A stretch of DNA of 64,000 bases from Deltaproteobacteria bacterium (GTDB lineage: Bacteria; Desulfobacterota; Dissulfuribacteria; Dissulfuribacterales; UBA3076), in contig PQXD01000009.1 of NCBI GenBank assembly GCA_003194485.1, forward strand, positions 41,008 through 105,007. Direction: 5' to 3'. Shown piece by piece: positions 29,268-38,849 of this stretch; within the stretch, counting starts at the first letter, position 1, and the number at the start of each line of letters is the position of its first letter. Both the position numbers and the translations under genes were made by a program. The notes beneath the pieces are model-generated. The model did not search any database. It was not told the DNA's origin and saw only the letters and a program-made list of their open reading frames with translations.

Positions 29268-30332
29268 TCACCTCCTTGCGCCTTGTCCTCGAACAAAACC
29301 CTGGGTCCTGCAAACGGCTCTGCAATATATCCCCACATTGACTACTGTGTAGCAAATACAAAGACCGGTTGTAACCCAGAGGAAGGCCGGAACCGCTCTT
29401 TCAAACCCATACAACACATAGCCCGACACCAGCGACAGCAAGGCACCAGGCACCAATATACGTATTTTTATCCAGGAGATATCAATCTTTCTTTCCTGCA
29501 CTGTCCACATCTCAAGACCCTGGCCTCCGAACTCCAGTGCCAGGATTAAGACCACCAGGCTGGTCATTCCCTTCGGAGCCAGGGGCATCAGGGCTATTGA
29601 TAAGAGCGGCAGTATTAGCGAGGCAGTGAGTCTTCCCGCGGCAGGCAGCCCTCTTCTCAGGCATTCAGGAAGGCCCACAACAAGATACCGGCTGCCGGAC
29701 ACCAGGGTTATGCCGAGCATAATGAGGGCATAGGTGATGATGATCTGAGAAGGCCTGAGTACCAGTCCTACTGCAAGCCCCAGGATAAGAAGGCTCAATG
29801 CGGTTTGCATGCGGGTTGACAGATGGCCATCCCTCCAATAAAGGCCCACAGCCAGAAAGAGAGTGGCCAGCAAGGCGCCGGACAGAAATGCTATAAGAAC
29901 TGATTTGTCAGGAAACATATCGGTAATGAGAACCAGGCCCGCACCTACCATTTGAAGAGCGGTCTTGATTTTTGCAAGCTCGGTGACACGGAGTTGCCTT
30001 TTTGATGCCATGCAAAACCTGCGGAGTTCTGTCACCAGGAATTCCCTGAAAAAAATCGGCCATACGATCCAAAGGGGGAGGATGCCAAGGTCTGCCAGGG
30101 GGATAAGGGTAACAGCAATAAATATCTTGTCGGCAATAGGGTCAAGGAGTCTGCCCAGCGGTGTGCTGCCGTCACGTCGGGCCAGCAGGCCATCAAGATA
30201 GTCGGTAAGACCCAAGATGGTAAAGGCCAGCAGGGCCACAATCTTTGCCCTGTTACCTCCATAGAGTAAAAAATACGGCAGGGGTAACAGAATGATCCTG
30301 AGGGCCGTAAGGTGATTAGCGCGGATCTTCAT
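29268..30332 (-). CDS. CDP-alcohol phosphatidyltransferase (PgsA-like) with extra C-terminal membrane domain
   Basis: ANHLTALR, TDYLDGLLARR...GRLLDPIADK, REFLVT and AKIKTALQM, followed by about 170 extra hydrophobic residues. Confidence 0.85.
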   Translation of the reverse strand: MKIRANHLTALRIILLPLPYFLLYGGNRAKIVALLAFTILGLTDYLDGLLARRDGSTPLGRLLDPIADKIFIAVTLIPLADLGILPLWIVWPIFFREFLVTELRRFCMASKRQLRVTELAKIKTALQMVGAGLVLITDMFPDKSVLIAFLSGALLATLFLAVGLYWRDGHLSTRMQTALSLLILGLAVGLVLRPSQIIITYALIMLGITLVSGSRYLVVGLPECLRRGLPAAGRLTASLILPLLSIALMPLAPKGMTSLVVLILALEFGGQGLEMWTVQERKIDISWIKIRILVPGALLSLVSGYVLYGFERAVPAFLWVTTGLCICYTVVNVGIYCRAVCRTQGFVRGQGARR

Positions 30333-31420
30333 CAGAGATATTCCGCAAGTCCTTCTTTCCTGATCTTCTCTACCACCTGCTTAATCTCACCAAGCCTGTT
30401 CCTGGGGCAGACGAGCACTGCATCACCTTCAGCCACGATTACCATATCCTCTGCCCCCACAGCAGCCACCAGGATACCACCTTCCGACATGAGCAGACAA
30501 TTCCTGCATTCAACAGGAATGACCGGTCCGTCAACGGCATTGCCGTCCTTATCCCTGGCCGATAGATCATAATAGGTCTCCCAGACCCCCATATCATGCC
30601 AGCCGAAATCACATGGAAAGACCACGACATTGGAGGCCTTTTCAATAAGACCTTTATCCAGGGAATCATCCGGTATCAGGTTATAGTACCGGCTGGCCAC
30701 GGATGCTTCTTCCATTGAGCCGGAGAATGACCTCGTACGTTCAAGGGCCTCCCATGCCGCGGGTATCCATTTTTTAAGGCTCTCAAACAGCACCGTGGAT
30801 GAAAAGGCAAATATCCCGCTATTCCAAAAAAAAGCCCTTGATGAAATATATCTGAATGCGGTTTCCCTGTCCGGCTTTTCGTGAAATGCCGTAACCTCAT
30901 AGCAATCTTTATCTCCCACCTTATTCTGTAACCTGCCGATCTCTATATAGCCATAAGCAGGCTCCGCCCTTGAAGGCCTTATCCCAAAGGTAACAAGGCA
31001 GGGATTGGATCCGGCAAAGGAGAGCCCGGCATCCAGGACACGCCTGAATTCTTCCTCATCCTCGATAAGGTGGTCAGAGGGCAGGACTGCTATCACATTA
31101 TTGGGATGAAGGGACTCGATCCTGGCCGTGGCCCAGGCGATTGCTGCCGCAGTTCCCTTGGGGCACGGCTCAATGAGTATATTAGAGCTGATAAGGCCCG
31201 GAACATGAGCCAATACATCTTCCTTTTGGGCCGGTTTTGTAAATACCCAGATCCTATCCCAGGGAAACATGGGCCGGATCCTGGAGATGGTCTGCTCAAG
31301 AAGGGTCTCCTGGCTGTGGATACAAAGAAACTGCTTGGCCCTGTGCCGTCGGCTCCTTGGCCAAAGCCTGATCCCGAATCCTCCTGCCAACACCAGGGCA
31401 TGGCGGCATTCCTTACTCAA
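30332..31420 (-). CDS. manC: Mannose-1-phosphate guanylyltransferase
   Basis: LAGGFGIRLWPRSR, ILIEP, LPSDH, LVTFGI, YGYIE, FHEKP, WNSGIF and GWHDMG. Confidence 0.92.
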   Translation of the reverse strand: MSKECRHALVLAGGFGIRLWPRSRRHRAKQFLCIHSQETLLEQTISRIRPMFPWDRIWVFTKPAQKEDVLAHVPGLISSNILIEPCPKGTAAAIAWATARIESLHPNNVIAVLPSDHLIEDEEEFRRVLDAGLSFAGSNPCLVTFGIRPSRAEPAYGYIEIGRLQNKVGDKDCYEVTAFHEKPDRETAFRYISSRAFFWNSGIFAFSSTVLFESLKKWIPAAWEALERTRSFSGSMEEASVASRYYNLIPDDSLDKGLIEKASNVVVFPCDFGWHDMGVWETYYDLSARDKDGNAVDGPVIPVECRNCLLMSEGGILVAAVGAEDMVIVAEGDAVLVCPRNRLGEIKQVVEKIRKEGLAEYL

Positions 31421-32178
31421 TGCCTTTCCTCCAGACCCGAGGTTATCACCGCTGCCAGTGCGGCCGCTGCTCCAATGGCTGCGGTCTCCGAGCGAAGTAT
31501 CCTTTTACCCATAGTGGCAGCGGAAAAGCCTGCGCCCTCACATGCCAGGACTTCTTCCCTGGAAAGGCCTCCTTCCGGCCCGGCAATAACAATTACAGGA
31601 GTGGCGTTTCCCTGGTCCCTCCAGGCGGATAGCAAAGAGCGCTTCTTTTCCGACTCCCAGAGAAGGATCCTTGCCTTGGCGTAAGAGATCTTTTCCAGGG
31701 CCTCTTCCAGTGAAACCGCCGGGTGAATGGTTGGAGCAAGACTTCCCCTGCATTGTTTCAGGGACTGCATGGCTATCTCCTTCCAGCGGGCAAGATGACC
31801 GCCGGTCTTTTCAGCATCTATTTTTATCACAGTATGCCGGGTAATTACAGGACAGATGGTCTGCACTCCCAGCTCGGTCGCCTTCTGTATCATCCAGGCC
31901 ATGCGGTCCCCCTTGAGCAGGGCCACGATCAGCGTAATCGGCAGGCGATCATCTTGCTGTTCCAGGACCTCCACAATATGCAGACCTACTTCCGGTCCGT
32001 TTACACGAATGACTTTCGCCCTGGCTGTCACTCCGGAGCCGTCTATGAGTTCGACAAAGCTGCCTGGCCCCAAACGTCTCACGCGCGACATGTGATGCGC
32101 CTCCCCGCCCGTGAGGGTAAACGTGCCTTGGGACCCTGAGAGGGCATCAGACGATATCAGAAAGCGGGGAAGGGACAT
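31417..32178 (-). CDS. rsmE: 16S rRNA (uracil1498-N3)-methyltransferase
   Basis: HHMSRVRR, IQKATELGV, AMQSLKQC, GPEGG and RILRSETAA. Confidence 0.95.
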   Translation of the reverse strand: MSLPRFLISSDALSGSQGTFTLTGGEAHHMSRVRRLGPGSFVELIDGSGVTARAKVIRVNGPEVGLHIVEVLEQQDDRLPITLIVALLKGDRMAWMIQKATELGVQTICPVITRHTVIKIDAEKTGGHLARWKEIAMQSLKQCRGSLAPTIHPAVSLEEALEKISYAKARILLWESEKKRSLLSAWRDQGNATPVIVIAGPEGGLSREEVLACEGAGFSAATMGKRILRSETAAIGAAAALAAVITSGLEERH

Positions 32179-32211
32179 TAATCTGCAAACTGAATATTAT
32201 TTCATCTCACT

Positions 32212-32238
32212 TCAGGCCTGAGAGATTTAAGCCGATAT
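32212..32238 (+). promoter_or_regulatory. Putative sigma28 (FliA) promoter upstream of second GspE/PilB ATPase
   Basis: TCAG-N15-GCCGATAT. The -10 element matches well and the -35 element is weak. Confidence 0.35.
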
Positions 32239-32280
32239 AAGTAATGCAATCAAGCTAAGGACCACAAGAACGCACAGGCC

Positions 32281-34016
32281 ATGTCTCATCCATATCACGA
32301 CCCTGACTATATCTTCCCAATCCTTGAAAGGGAAGGGCTTTTATCAAAAGAGCAGGTAGCTGAATTGACACACAAGCTCTCCATACGCAAACGAAAAGGC
32401 CGGGATCTTGTGCAATGGCTGGATTCACTGAAACTCCCCCGGGCGGATTCCCCTGATGTTAATCTCATGGAAGCGGATATTATTTCTCTCATAGCAAGAG
32501 ATCATAAGTGGACGTTCAGGCGATTGGACCCCTTGCGCCTTGATATGGAGATCGTGACAAAGACGCTTCCGGCCTCTTTTGCTAGAAAGCGCCTGGTCCT
32601 GCCTGTTTCCTGGGAGGATGGAGAGTTGGAAATAGTCTGCTACGATCCCGAAGATCAGGAGCTCCAGCAGGATCTGGAGAGGGCATGCCAGGCCCGGACC
32701 CGTATCTCAGTGGCTCCCCGGAGAGATATCGAACGTATTATCAGTGAATTTTTTGACTTCAAACAATCCATCGCTGCTGCTGAAAATGTACTCAAACTTC
32801 CGGCAGTGGATATATCCAACCTGGAACAGTTTGTGCGGCTGGCAGCTCCAAATATCGCGGCCTCGGATAAATACATACAAAAGGCAGTGGATCACCTTTT
32901 TCAGTATGCCCTGGATCAGCGTGCCAGCGATATCCACATAGAGCCAAAGCGAGCGCTGTCCTGGATACGCATTCGCATAGATGGAATCCTGCATACTATC
33001 TATCGTCTTCCAAGGGTAGTACACGAACCTATATGCACCAAGATAAAAACCATGTCCAGGCTGGACATAGCAGAAAAACGCCGGCCTCAGGATGGCCGCC
33101 TGAAAGTTGCATGGAAGAATAAGGAGGCAGAGGTCAGGGTCTCGACCATACCGGTTGCCTTTGGTGAAAAGGTCGTACTGAGGCTGCAAAGTGAAGACAT
33201 ACTCTTCAGCGACTTAAACAAGCTCGGATTTTCAGAGAGGGACCTGCGGGCCTATGAGCGTTTTATTCAGAACAGCCACGGCATAATACTTATTACAGGA
33301 CCAACAGGAAGCGGAAAGTCCACAACGCTTTATTCTACACTTCGGCACCTCAGCTCACCTGATATCAATATCATTACCGTGGAAGACCCTATCGAGATGG
33401 TTTACGAAGAGTTTAATCAAATAGCAGTGCAGCCGCAAATTGATGTGACATTTGCCTCAATACTCAGGAATATACTGAGCAGGACCCTGACATCGTCATG
33501 ATCGGGGAGATACGGGACGGTGAAACCGCCCGGTATGCCATACAGGCAGCCCTGACCGGCCACCTGGTCTTTTCCACCCTGCACACCAATGATGCCGTCA
33601 GCGCGATTACGAGGTTGAAGGATCTGGGCCTTGATTCTTACCTTATTGCATCTACCCTGATCGGAATCGTGGCGCAACGGCTCGTGCGCATGGTCTGCAG
33701 ATCGTGCGGCAAACCTGTGATTATACCTGCGGATCGGCTAAGGGCCTTTGGTTGCAGGGTATCCGGGCATACTGCGGTAAATAAGGGCACGGGTTGCAAC
33801 CGCTGTCGCAATACGGGTTATTGGGGAAGGATCGGAATCTACGAGGTCTTCTCTGTCTCTGATACGATCAGAGAAATGATACACTCGGAAGAAAATGAAG
33901 AAACCATCAAGAAGCAGGCCTTCAAGGAGGGAATGAGAACACTGAAGCATGATGCCTGCAGAAAACTTCTCTCCGGGATCACCAGCATGGAAGAGGTGAT
34001 CGGGGTTACCTCATAA
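32281..34016 (+). pseudogene. GspE/PilB-family secretion ATPase split by a 1-bp deletion (or sequencing error) at about 33479
   Basis: ORF 32281..33501 ends [10 protein letters not shown]. Restoring one G (ctg ag[g] cag gac cct gac atc gtc atg) gives [17 protein letters not shown], continuing into ORF 33498..34016. Confidence 0.9.
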
Positions 34017-34190
34017 TAAGGAAATTGGTTAAAACCTTCCTCTGTAAAATTTTTTGCAAAGCTCTTAAGGCCCCTTTATAGTATAATACCTTAGTAATTA
34101 TTTTTGCGTTTTTTCTGGCAGAAAATTCTGAAACACAATCACGAAAACACGAAAGATTGAAGGCACGAAATAAAACAACATTCAGGCCTG

Positions 34191-35384
34191 ATGATTGATC
34201 AAGAGCAGCTAAGCAGGGACTATCCCGCGGACGTGCAGGTCGTCCATCTGGGAACCAGGGAGATTATCCTTATCGGTACAGCCCATATCTCCAGGGATTC
34301 GGTTGATTTGGTCCGCCGCGTGATTGAAAACGAAATGCCGGACTGCGTGTGCGTGGAACTTGATGCGAGGCGGTACGAGACCCTGTCCAGAAAGAAACGC
34401 TGGGAATCCCTGGATCTTAAGGAAATCATACGGAAAAAGCAGCTAAGCACATTGTTGTTCAACCTGATACTGGCGTCTTACCAGAAAAAGTTAGGGGACC
34501 AGTTGGGGGTACTGCCGGGTATGGAACTTCTGGCGGCCGTGAAGACTGCGGAGGAAAACCTGATTCCCATAGCCCTGTGCGACCGCGATGTCAGGATCAC
34601 ACTGCGCAGGGCCTGGCATGCCCAGTCCTTTTTTAAGAAAAGCTATTTGCTGGCCAGCCTATCTGCCGGATTGTTTGATCGGACTGAAATCACGGAAGAA
34701 AAGCTGAACGAATTAAAAAAGACGGATCTCATCTCGGAGCTTATGCTGGAACTGGGGAAGGCACTGCCTGAACTAAAGCAGGTCCTTATCGATGAACGAG
34801 ATACGTTTCTATCCGAAAGAATCAAGGACGCAGAGGGCAAGCGAATCGTTGCGGTGGTGGGGGCCGGCCATGTCCAGGGAATAAAAATGGCGCTGCTGGA
34901 AGACAGGCATGCCCAGATGGAGGAAATCAATACCATTCCGCCTGTTTCCCAGATATGGAAGGTCCTGGGATGGTCCATTCCTGTGGTAATTGTTGCCTCT
35001 CTTGGGGTAATTGCATGGGGAAAAGGGTGTGATGTGGCCGGTGAAAATATTCTGTACTGGATCCTGGCTAACGCGATCCCCTCTTCCATAGGTGCCATGC
35101 TGGCCCTTGCCCACCCGCTTACCATTGTCTCTGCATTTGCCGCAGCGCCCGTAACCAGCCTGACGCCGGTAATCGGTGCCGGCTATGTCACCGCGTTTGT
35201 CCAGGTCTTGCTCCGGCCACCGGTAGTCAGGGAATTTGAAACCGTACTGGAAGATATGTCCACACTGACCGGCTGGTGGAAAAACAAACTGCTCAGGGTC
35301 TTTCTGGCCTTTCTGCTTCCGGGCCTTGGCAGCATGATCGGCTCGTGGATTGGTGGGTATGAGATTATTACCAATCTGTTTTGA
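34191..35384 (+). CDS. TraB/GumN (pheromone shutdown-like) family protein
   Basis: LIGTAHIS, CVCVELD..R, PGMELL, LCDRDVRITLRRAW, LIDERD and VVGAGHVQG, with C-terminal TM helices. Confidence 0.9.
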   Translation: MIDQEQLSRDYPADVQVVHLGTREIILIGTAHISRDSVDLVRRVIENEMPDCVCVELDARRYETLSRKKRWESLDLKEIIRKKQLSTLLFNLILASYQKKLGDQLGVLPGMELLAAVKTAEENLIPIALCDRDVRITLRRAWHAQSFFKKSYLLASLSAGLFDRTEITEEKLNELKKTDLISELMLELGKALPELKQVLIDERDTFLSERIKDAEGKRIVAVVGAGHVQGIKMALLEDRHAQMEEINTIPPVSQIWKVLGWSIPVVIVASLGVIAWGKGCDVAGENILYWILANAIPSSIGAMLALAHPLTIVSAFAAAPVTSLTPVIGAGYVTAFVQVLLRPPVVREFETVLEDMSTLTGWWKNKLLRVFLAFLLPGLGSMIGSWIGGYEIITNLF

Positions 35385-35457
35385 CATTAATCAGGACTCC
35401 TTCAAGACGGAGTGAATCCGGCGCGGAAACGATCGGAATGCAGTCTAAGGCAGCGTT

Positions 35458-36450
35458 ATGTATCTAGCAAGGCATCATCAGAAGGACGGCAGCATAAAAT
35501 ATTTCATCAGGCATTCCTACCAGGACAAGTCAGATGCGTGGCTCAGCAAGAGCCTGTTCAGCCTGGGTCACGATCCTGAAGAATTCATAGTCTATGTGGG
35601 GGACAGGTCTTTCTATATTGATCCTGCTGTGGAGGAAGCCATCTCATCCCAGGGAGTTGTCTTTAATTACGATGAGTTGGAGAAGATATTTATGCCTTTT
35701 CTGGATCCTGAAATTCGCAGGGTTGTGGAACAATTTGATAGACATTGGGGTAAAAGGCGCAGATACAGCAGAGTAGAGCTTGCGGCCATGCAGAAGGACA
35801 TCCATCCATTTGACCGGCGCAGGCTATGCTTTCTAAAATTCTGTCACACAAAGATAGAAAATTTGTCAAATCAGCCCTTCCCTTTTTTCAATATCTTGCT
35901 CAACAAATCCAGGGATGAAATTGAACAGGTCCTTGAAGGCATGGAATACATGCTAAATCCACGTGAGAAAAGAGAATACCTCTATGCCATATTTGATATT
36001 CCCAGGCGGTTTGCCCCTAGACTTACGCGTTTTATTCCAGATGCCCAGGATCAGGACCTCATTGACAAATATTTGCTGGAGGAGATCTGCAGGCTTGACC
36101 AGGATTCCATTTTTTTAGACCAGGGTGCAGTCCCCTCGAAGGCAAAGGGCCTTCATCCTTATCTGCGCAAGTATCTGATCCAGTACTTTGATGTTTTATA
36201 CAAATGGCCAACTACTGGCGGCAGTGCCCGGCATAATACTATGTGGCAGCCCCCCGCAAGATCCTCAGACGAAAAGCATTTCAGGGCGATGGGTATAAGC
36301 GCCGGTGAGTTTTCGCACATGAAAAAGAAGGAATTTACTCTTCTGTTCAGACGTAAGGCCCTTGAACTGCATCCTGACAAGGGAGGAAGCCATGAGGCAT
36401 TTATAGCACTCCAACAAGCATATCAGGTCCTTATACGCAGGAAGACATAG
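35458..36450 (+). CDS. Hypothetical protein with C-terminal J-domain
   Basis: C-terminal FRRKALELHPDKGGSHEAFIALQQAY (HPD motif). Confidence 0.8.
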   Translation: MYLARHHQKDGSIKYFIRHSYQDKSDAWLSKSLFSLGHDPEEFIVYVGDRSFYIDPAVEEAISSQGVVFNYDELEKIFMPFLDPEIRRVVEQFDRHWGKRRRYSRVELAAMQKDIHPFDRRRLCFLKFCHTKIENLSNQPFPFFNILLNKSRDEIEQVLEGMEYMLNPREKREYLYAIFDIPRRFAPRLTRFIPDAQDQDLIDKYLLEEICRLDQDSIFLDQGAVPSKAKGLHPYLRKYLIQYFDVLYKWPTTGGSARHNTMWQPPARSSDEKHFRAMGISAGEFSHMKKKEFTLLFRRKALELHPDKGGSHEAFIALQQAYQVLIRRKT

Positions 36451-36598
36451 CGGGACTGCAAGCGACACATTAATCCCATGACTTCATGAAAAATTTATCG
36501 TTTTCTGAGCATGATTACACAGGAATTACACAGAAAATTGCACCGTGTAAAAATCATGTAACGCTTTGTTTATACGTTAAATGGGGTTAGCGTCCTAA

Positions 36599-36694
36599 TT
36601 TGAATCGGCTAGTTCCGATAGAGATGAACTCATGGCGAGATGGGAGAAAGCCCAAAGGAAGGAGCCCTTAGAAGATATTGAACCCCTTGATTAG
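36599..36694 (+). pseudogene. 3' remnant of a DUF4160-like gene
   Basis: FESASSDRDELMARWEKAQRKEPLEDIEPLD* resembles the DUF4160 C-terminus. It has no start codon and abuts the DUF2442 RBS. Confidence 0.55.
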
Positions 36695-36698
36695 GAGG

Positions 36699-36986
36699 AT
36701 GATCATGCGTTGGATAACTGAAGCAATATATCTTGATGGATACAAGCTCAAGATACGTTTTGACAACGGAGAGACCAAGGTTGTCGATTTACATCCGCAT
36801 ATTGATGGTCCCATTTTTGAGCCCTTAAAGGACCTTGATTTCTTCAGGTCCTTTCGTGTTAACCACGATATAGATACAATCGTGTGGCCAAACAACGCCG
36901 ACTTTTCGCCCGACTTCCTCTATGAAATCGGCCAGAAAGTCAGCGAACAAGACGCTTCAACCGACGCTCGAAACTCGCGCGGCTGA
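36699..36986 (+). CDS. DUF2442 domain protein (putative antitoxin)
   Basis: AGGAGG RBS; YKLKIRFDNGETKVVDL...GPIFEPLKD..FF...TIVWPNNADFSPDFLY. Confidence 0.85.
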   Translation: MIMRWITEAIYLDGYKLKIRFDNGETKVVDLHPHIDGPIFEPLKDLDFFRSFRVNHDIDTIVWPNNADFSPDFLYEIGQKVSEQDASTDARNSRG

Positions 36987-37003
36987 TTAGCTGTTTGTTA
37001 ACC
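36942..37003 (+). other. attC-like integron cassette recombination site
   Basis: R'' AGCGAAC, 5-nt spacer, L'' GCTTCAAC, 20-nt centre CGACGCTCGAAACTCGCGCG, L' GCTGATT, R' GTTAACC. The right arm is degenerate. Confidence 0.6.
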
Positions 37004-37028
37004 GAAAAAGTATATCGGAGAAAGAAAG

Positions 37029-37247
37029 ATGAAAGTAAATATTATAATCGAGAAAGATCAATATGGGTATTATGCTTTTTGTCCTGAATTGAAAGGTTGC
37101 CATACCCAGGGGGATTCTCTTGAAGAAGTGCTTGAGAATATAAAAGAGGCTATAGAACTTTATTTAGAAACTTTATCGCCACATGAAAGGGAATATTGCC
37201 TAAACAAGGAAATATTAACGACCTCTATGGAGGTTAAAGTTGCCTAA
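37029..37247 (+). CDS. hicB: Type II TA antitoxin HicB (short form, no DNA-binding domain)
   Basis: IIEKDQYGYYAFCPELKGCHTQGDSLEEVLENIKEAIELYL. Confidence 0.92.
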   Translation: MKVNIIIEKDQYGYYAFCPELKGCHTQGDSLEEVLENIKEAIELYLETLSPHEREYCLNKEILTTSMEVKVA

Positions 37248-37452
37248 GTTGCCAAAATTGATAGCTGAAGAAGCTGAGAGAATGCTCCTCAAAGCAGGGT
37301 TTGAGCACGTGAGGACTAAGGGGAGCCATAAGATTTATAGAAGAGATAAAGAAAGATTTGTTTTGCCCTTTCACAAGGGTAAAACATTACATCCCAAGAT
37401 AATAAAAGCACTTATTGAGGTGGACCCCATTGTCAAGACAGAAAATCGGTGA
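37240..37452 (+). CDS. hicA: Type II TA toxin HicA (mRNA interferase), C-terminus replaced
   Basis: LLKAGF...RTKGSHKIY...VLPFH...LHPKIIK. TTG start after GGAGG, overlapping hicB. Confidence 0.85.
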   Translation: MPKLPKLIAEEAERMLLKAGFEHVRTKGSHKIYRRDKERFVLPFHKGKTLHPKIIKALIEVDPIVKTENR

Positions 37453-37503
37453 TAATGATAACAGGAATATCGAACCTGAGCGGCACGGGAAAATTTCCAC
37501 TTT
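37416..37503 (+). mobile_element. Probable IS3-family left-end remnant
   Basis: TGAGGTGGACCCCATTGTCAAGACAGAAAA fits the TG...ACCCC...GACA pattern of IS3/IS150-group ends (recalled, not searched). It is followed by GATAAT and a degenerate OrfA-like start. Confidence 0.45.
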
Positions 37504-38541
37504 TCAGGCATCCCGGAATTCAAACCCCTTCTCTTTGAAAAGCCTCAAGCAGGCATCAACTACATCCGGGTCATAGAGTATACCTTTGTTTTGCGAGATT
37601 TCCTCCAATGCCTTTTCTATTCCAAGAGCGGGTCTGTAAGGTCTGTGCGAGGCCATGGACTCAACTACATCAGCTACACCTAATATTTTCGCTTGCAGGA
37701 GAATTGCTTCACCGGATAGACCTTGAGGATATCCGGATCCATCCAGCCTTTCATGGTGTTGATAAACCATCTGAGCTACCGGCCAAGGAAACTCTATCTG
37801 TTTCAATATTTCAAAACCAATCTTGGGGTGTAATTTGATTATGCCGAATTCGTATTCAGTTATTCGCCCCGGCTTGGTGAGAATCTCAGCAGGTATAGAA
37901 ATCTTGCCGATGTCATGAATCATCCCTGCCATATGGATTCCCTCAATCCGGTCTTTTGAGAGATTCATCTCCTTTGCCACTGCAGCGGCAAGCTTGGCTA
38001 CCCGGCGCTGGTGTCCGGCTGTGTAAGGGTCCCTGGATTCAACGGTCAAAGACATTGCATGGATGATCCCTTCCAAGACTTTTCGTAACTTGTTGGTGCG
38101 CTGAGCTACCATTTGCTCCAGATTTTTCCGGTAACTCCGGCCGTTGATTTCAAGTTCCCGACGGCGTAACGAATTTTGAATATTAATTATCAGCTCGTTG
38201 TTCCTGAAGGGTTTAATGATGTAGCCATAAGCTCCTATTTCCAGCGCAGTCTCGGCGATCTTCGGGTCATCCACTCCAGTAACCATCATTACTGCCGTAT
38301 CCGGATGTTCTGCCGTAACATACCGGATAAAGTCTATGCCTGATTCACCAGGCATATTTATATCGCAAAGGATCACCTCGAAATTGTTGTTTTTCAGACA
38401 CTTACGGGCCTCTGCTACACTGTTGGCCGAGGTGCAGTTGTAATTATTCATCTCCAGCAATTGTCTCAGCATCCGCCGGACGGGTTCTTCATCGTCCAAA
38501 ATCAAGATATTGGGCATCATATTGCTATTTTTTTTAAGCAT
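37504..38541 (-). CDS. Response regulator with HD-GYP domain (c-di-GMP phosphodiesterase)
   Basis: REC domain (ILDDE, ILCDINMPG, YIIKPF), plus RDPYTAGHQRRV, HDIGK, HHERLDGSGYP and HRPYRPAL. Confidence 0.95.
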   Translation of the reverse strand: MLKKNSNMMPNILILDDEEPVRRMLRQLLEMNNYNCTSANSVAEARKCLKNNNFEVILCDINMPGESGIDFIRYVTAEHPDTAVMMVTGVDDPKIAETALEIGAYGYIIKPFRNNELIINIQNSLRRRELEINGRSYRKNLEQMVAQRTNKLRKVLEGIIHAMSLTVESRDPYTAGHQRRVAKLAAAVAKEMNLSKDRIEGIHMAGMIHDIGKISIPAEILTKPGRITEYEFGIIKLHPKIGFEILKQIEFPWPVAQMVYQHHERLDGSGYPQGLSGEAILLQAKILGVADVVESMASHRPYRPALGIEKALEEISQNKGILYDPDVVDACLRLFKEKGFEFRDA

Positions 38542-38619
38542 TTAGCACTCACCGTTTTACCGGCCAAAGCCTCACCGGTATCCCGCAGGGACCTGTATAA
38601 ATGTATCTCTATATATAAT

Positions 38620-38647
38620 TTATCGGAACAGCAGAGATGGTAGTTTA
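38620..38647 (-). promoter_or_regulatory. Putative sigma28 promoter of the HD-GYP response regulator
   Basis: Minus strand TAAA-N16-TCCGATAA (spacer 1 nt longer than the canonical N15), about 75 nt upstream of the ATG. Confidence 0.45.
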
Positions 38648-38653
38648 AACCGG

Positions 38654-38849
38654 GTAAATATCCGGTGACCCCGTGGTCCACTGTGGAAGTTGCCATCCGT
38701 GCCCTGCCGCAGGAGCGGTTTGCCTTTTGCAGGGTTTCGATCGCGGGCCGGATTGCACTGCCTCTCCGGTCCGCGATGAGTGAGCTTTGAAACCCGGAAA
38801 AAAGGTAACCGCTTCAAGGCAGGATATAACGGGTTCACCGAATATTTAC
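38654..38849. mobile_element. MITE family A, full-length 196 bp (reverse orientation)
   Basis: TIRs gtaaatatccggtgacccc/gggttcaccgaatatttac. Flanks taaaccgg (38646-53) and taaactgg (38850-57). Confidence 0.9.

Noticed and set aside
29268-31420. Di-myo-inositol-phosphate (IPCT/DIPPS) pathway from the NTP-transferase plus CDP-alcohol transferase pair
   Set aside because: The transferase has ManC-specific motifs and the phosphotransferase is PgsA-like.
36556-36582. Second attC upstream of the DUF4160 remnant (atgtaac...gttaaat)
   Set aside because: Only 13 nt lie between the R-like boxes and there are no L boxes, which is too short to call.
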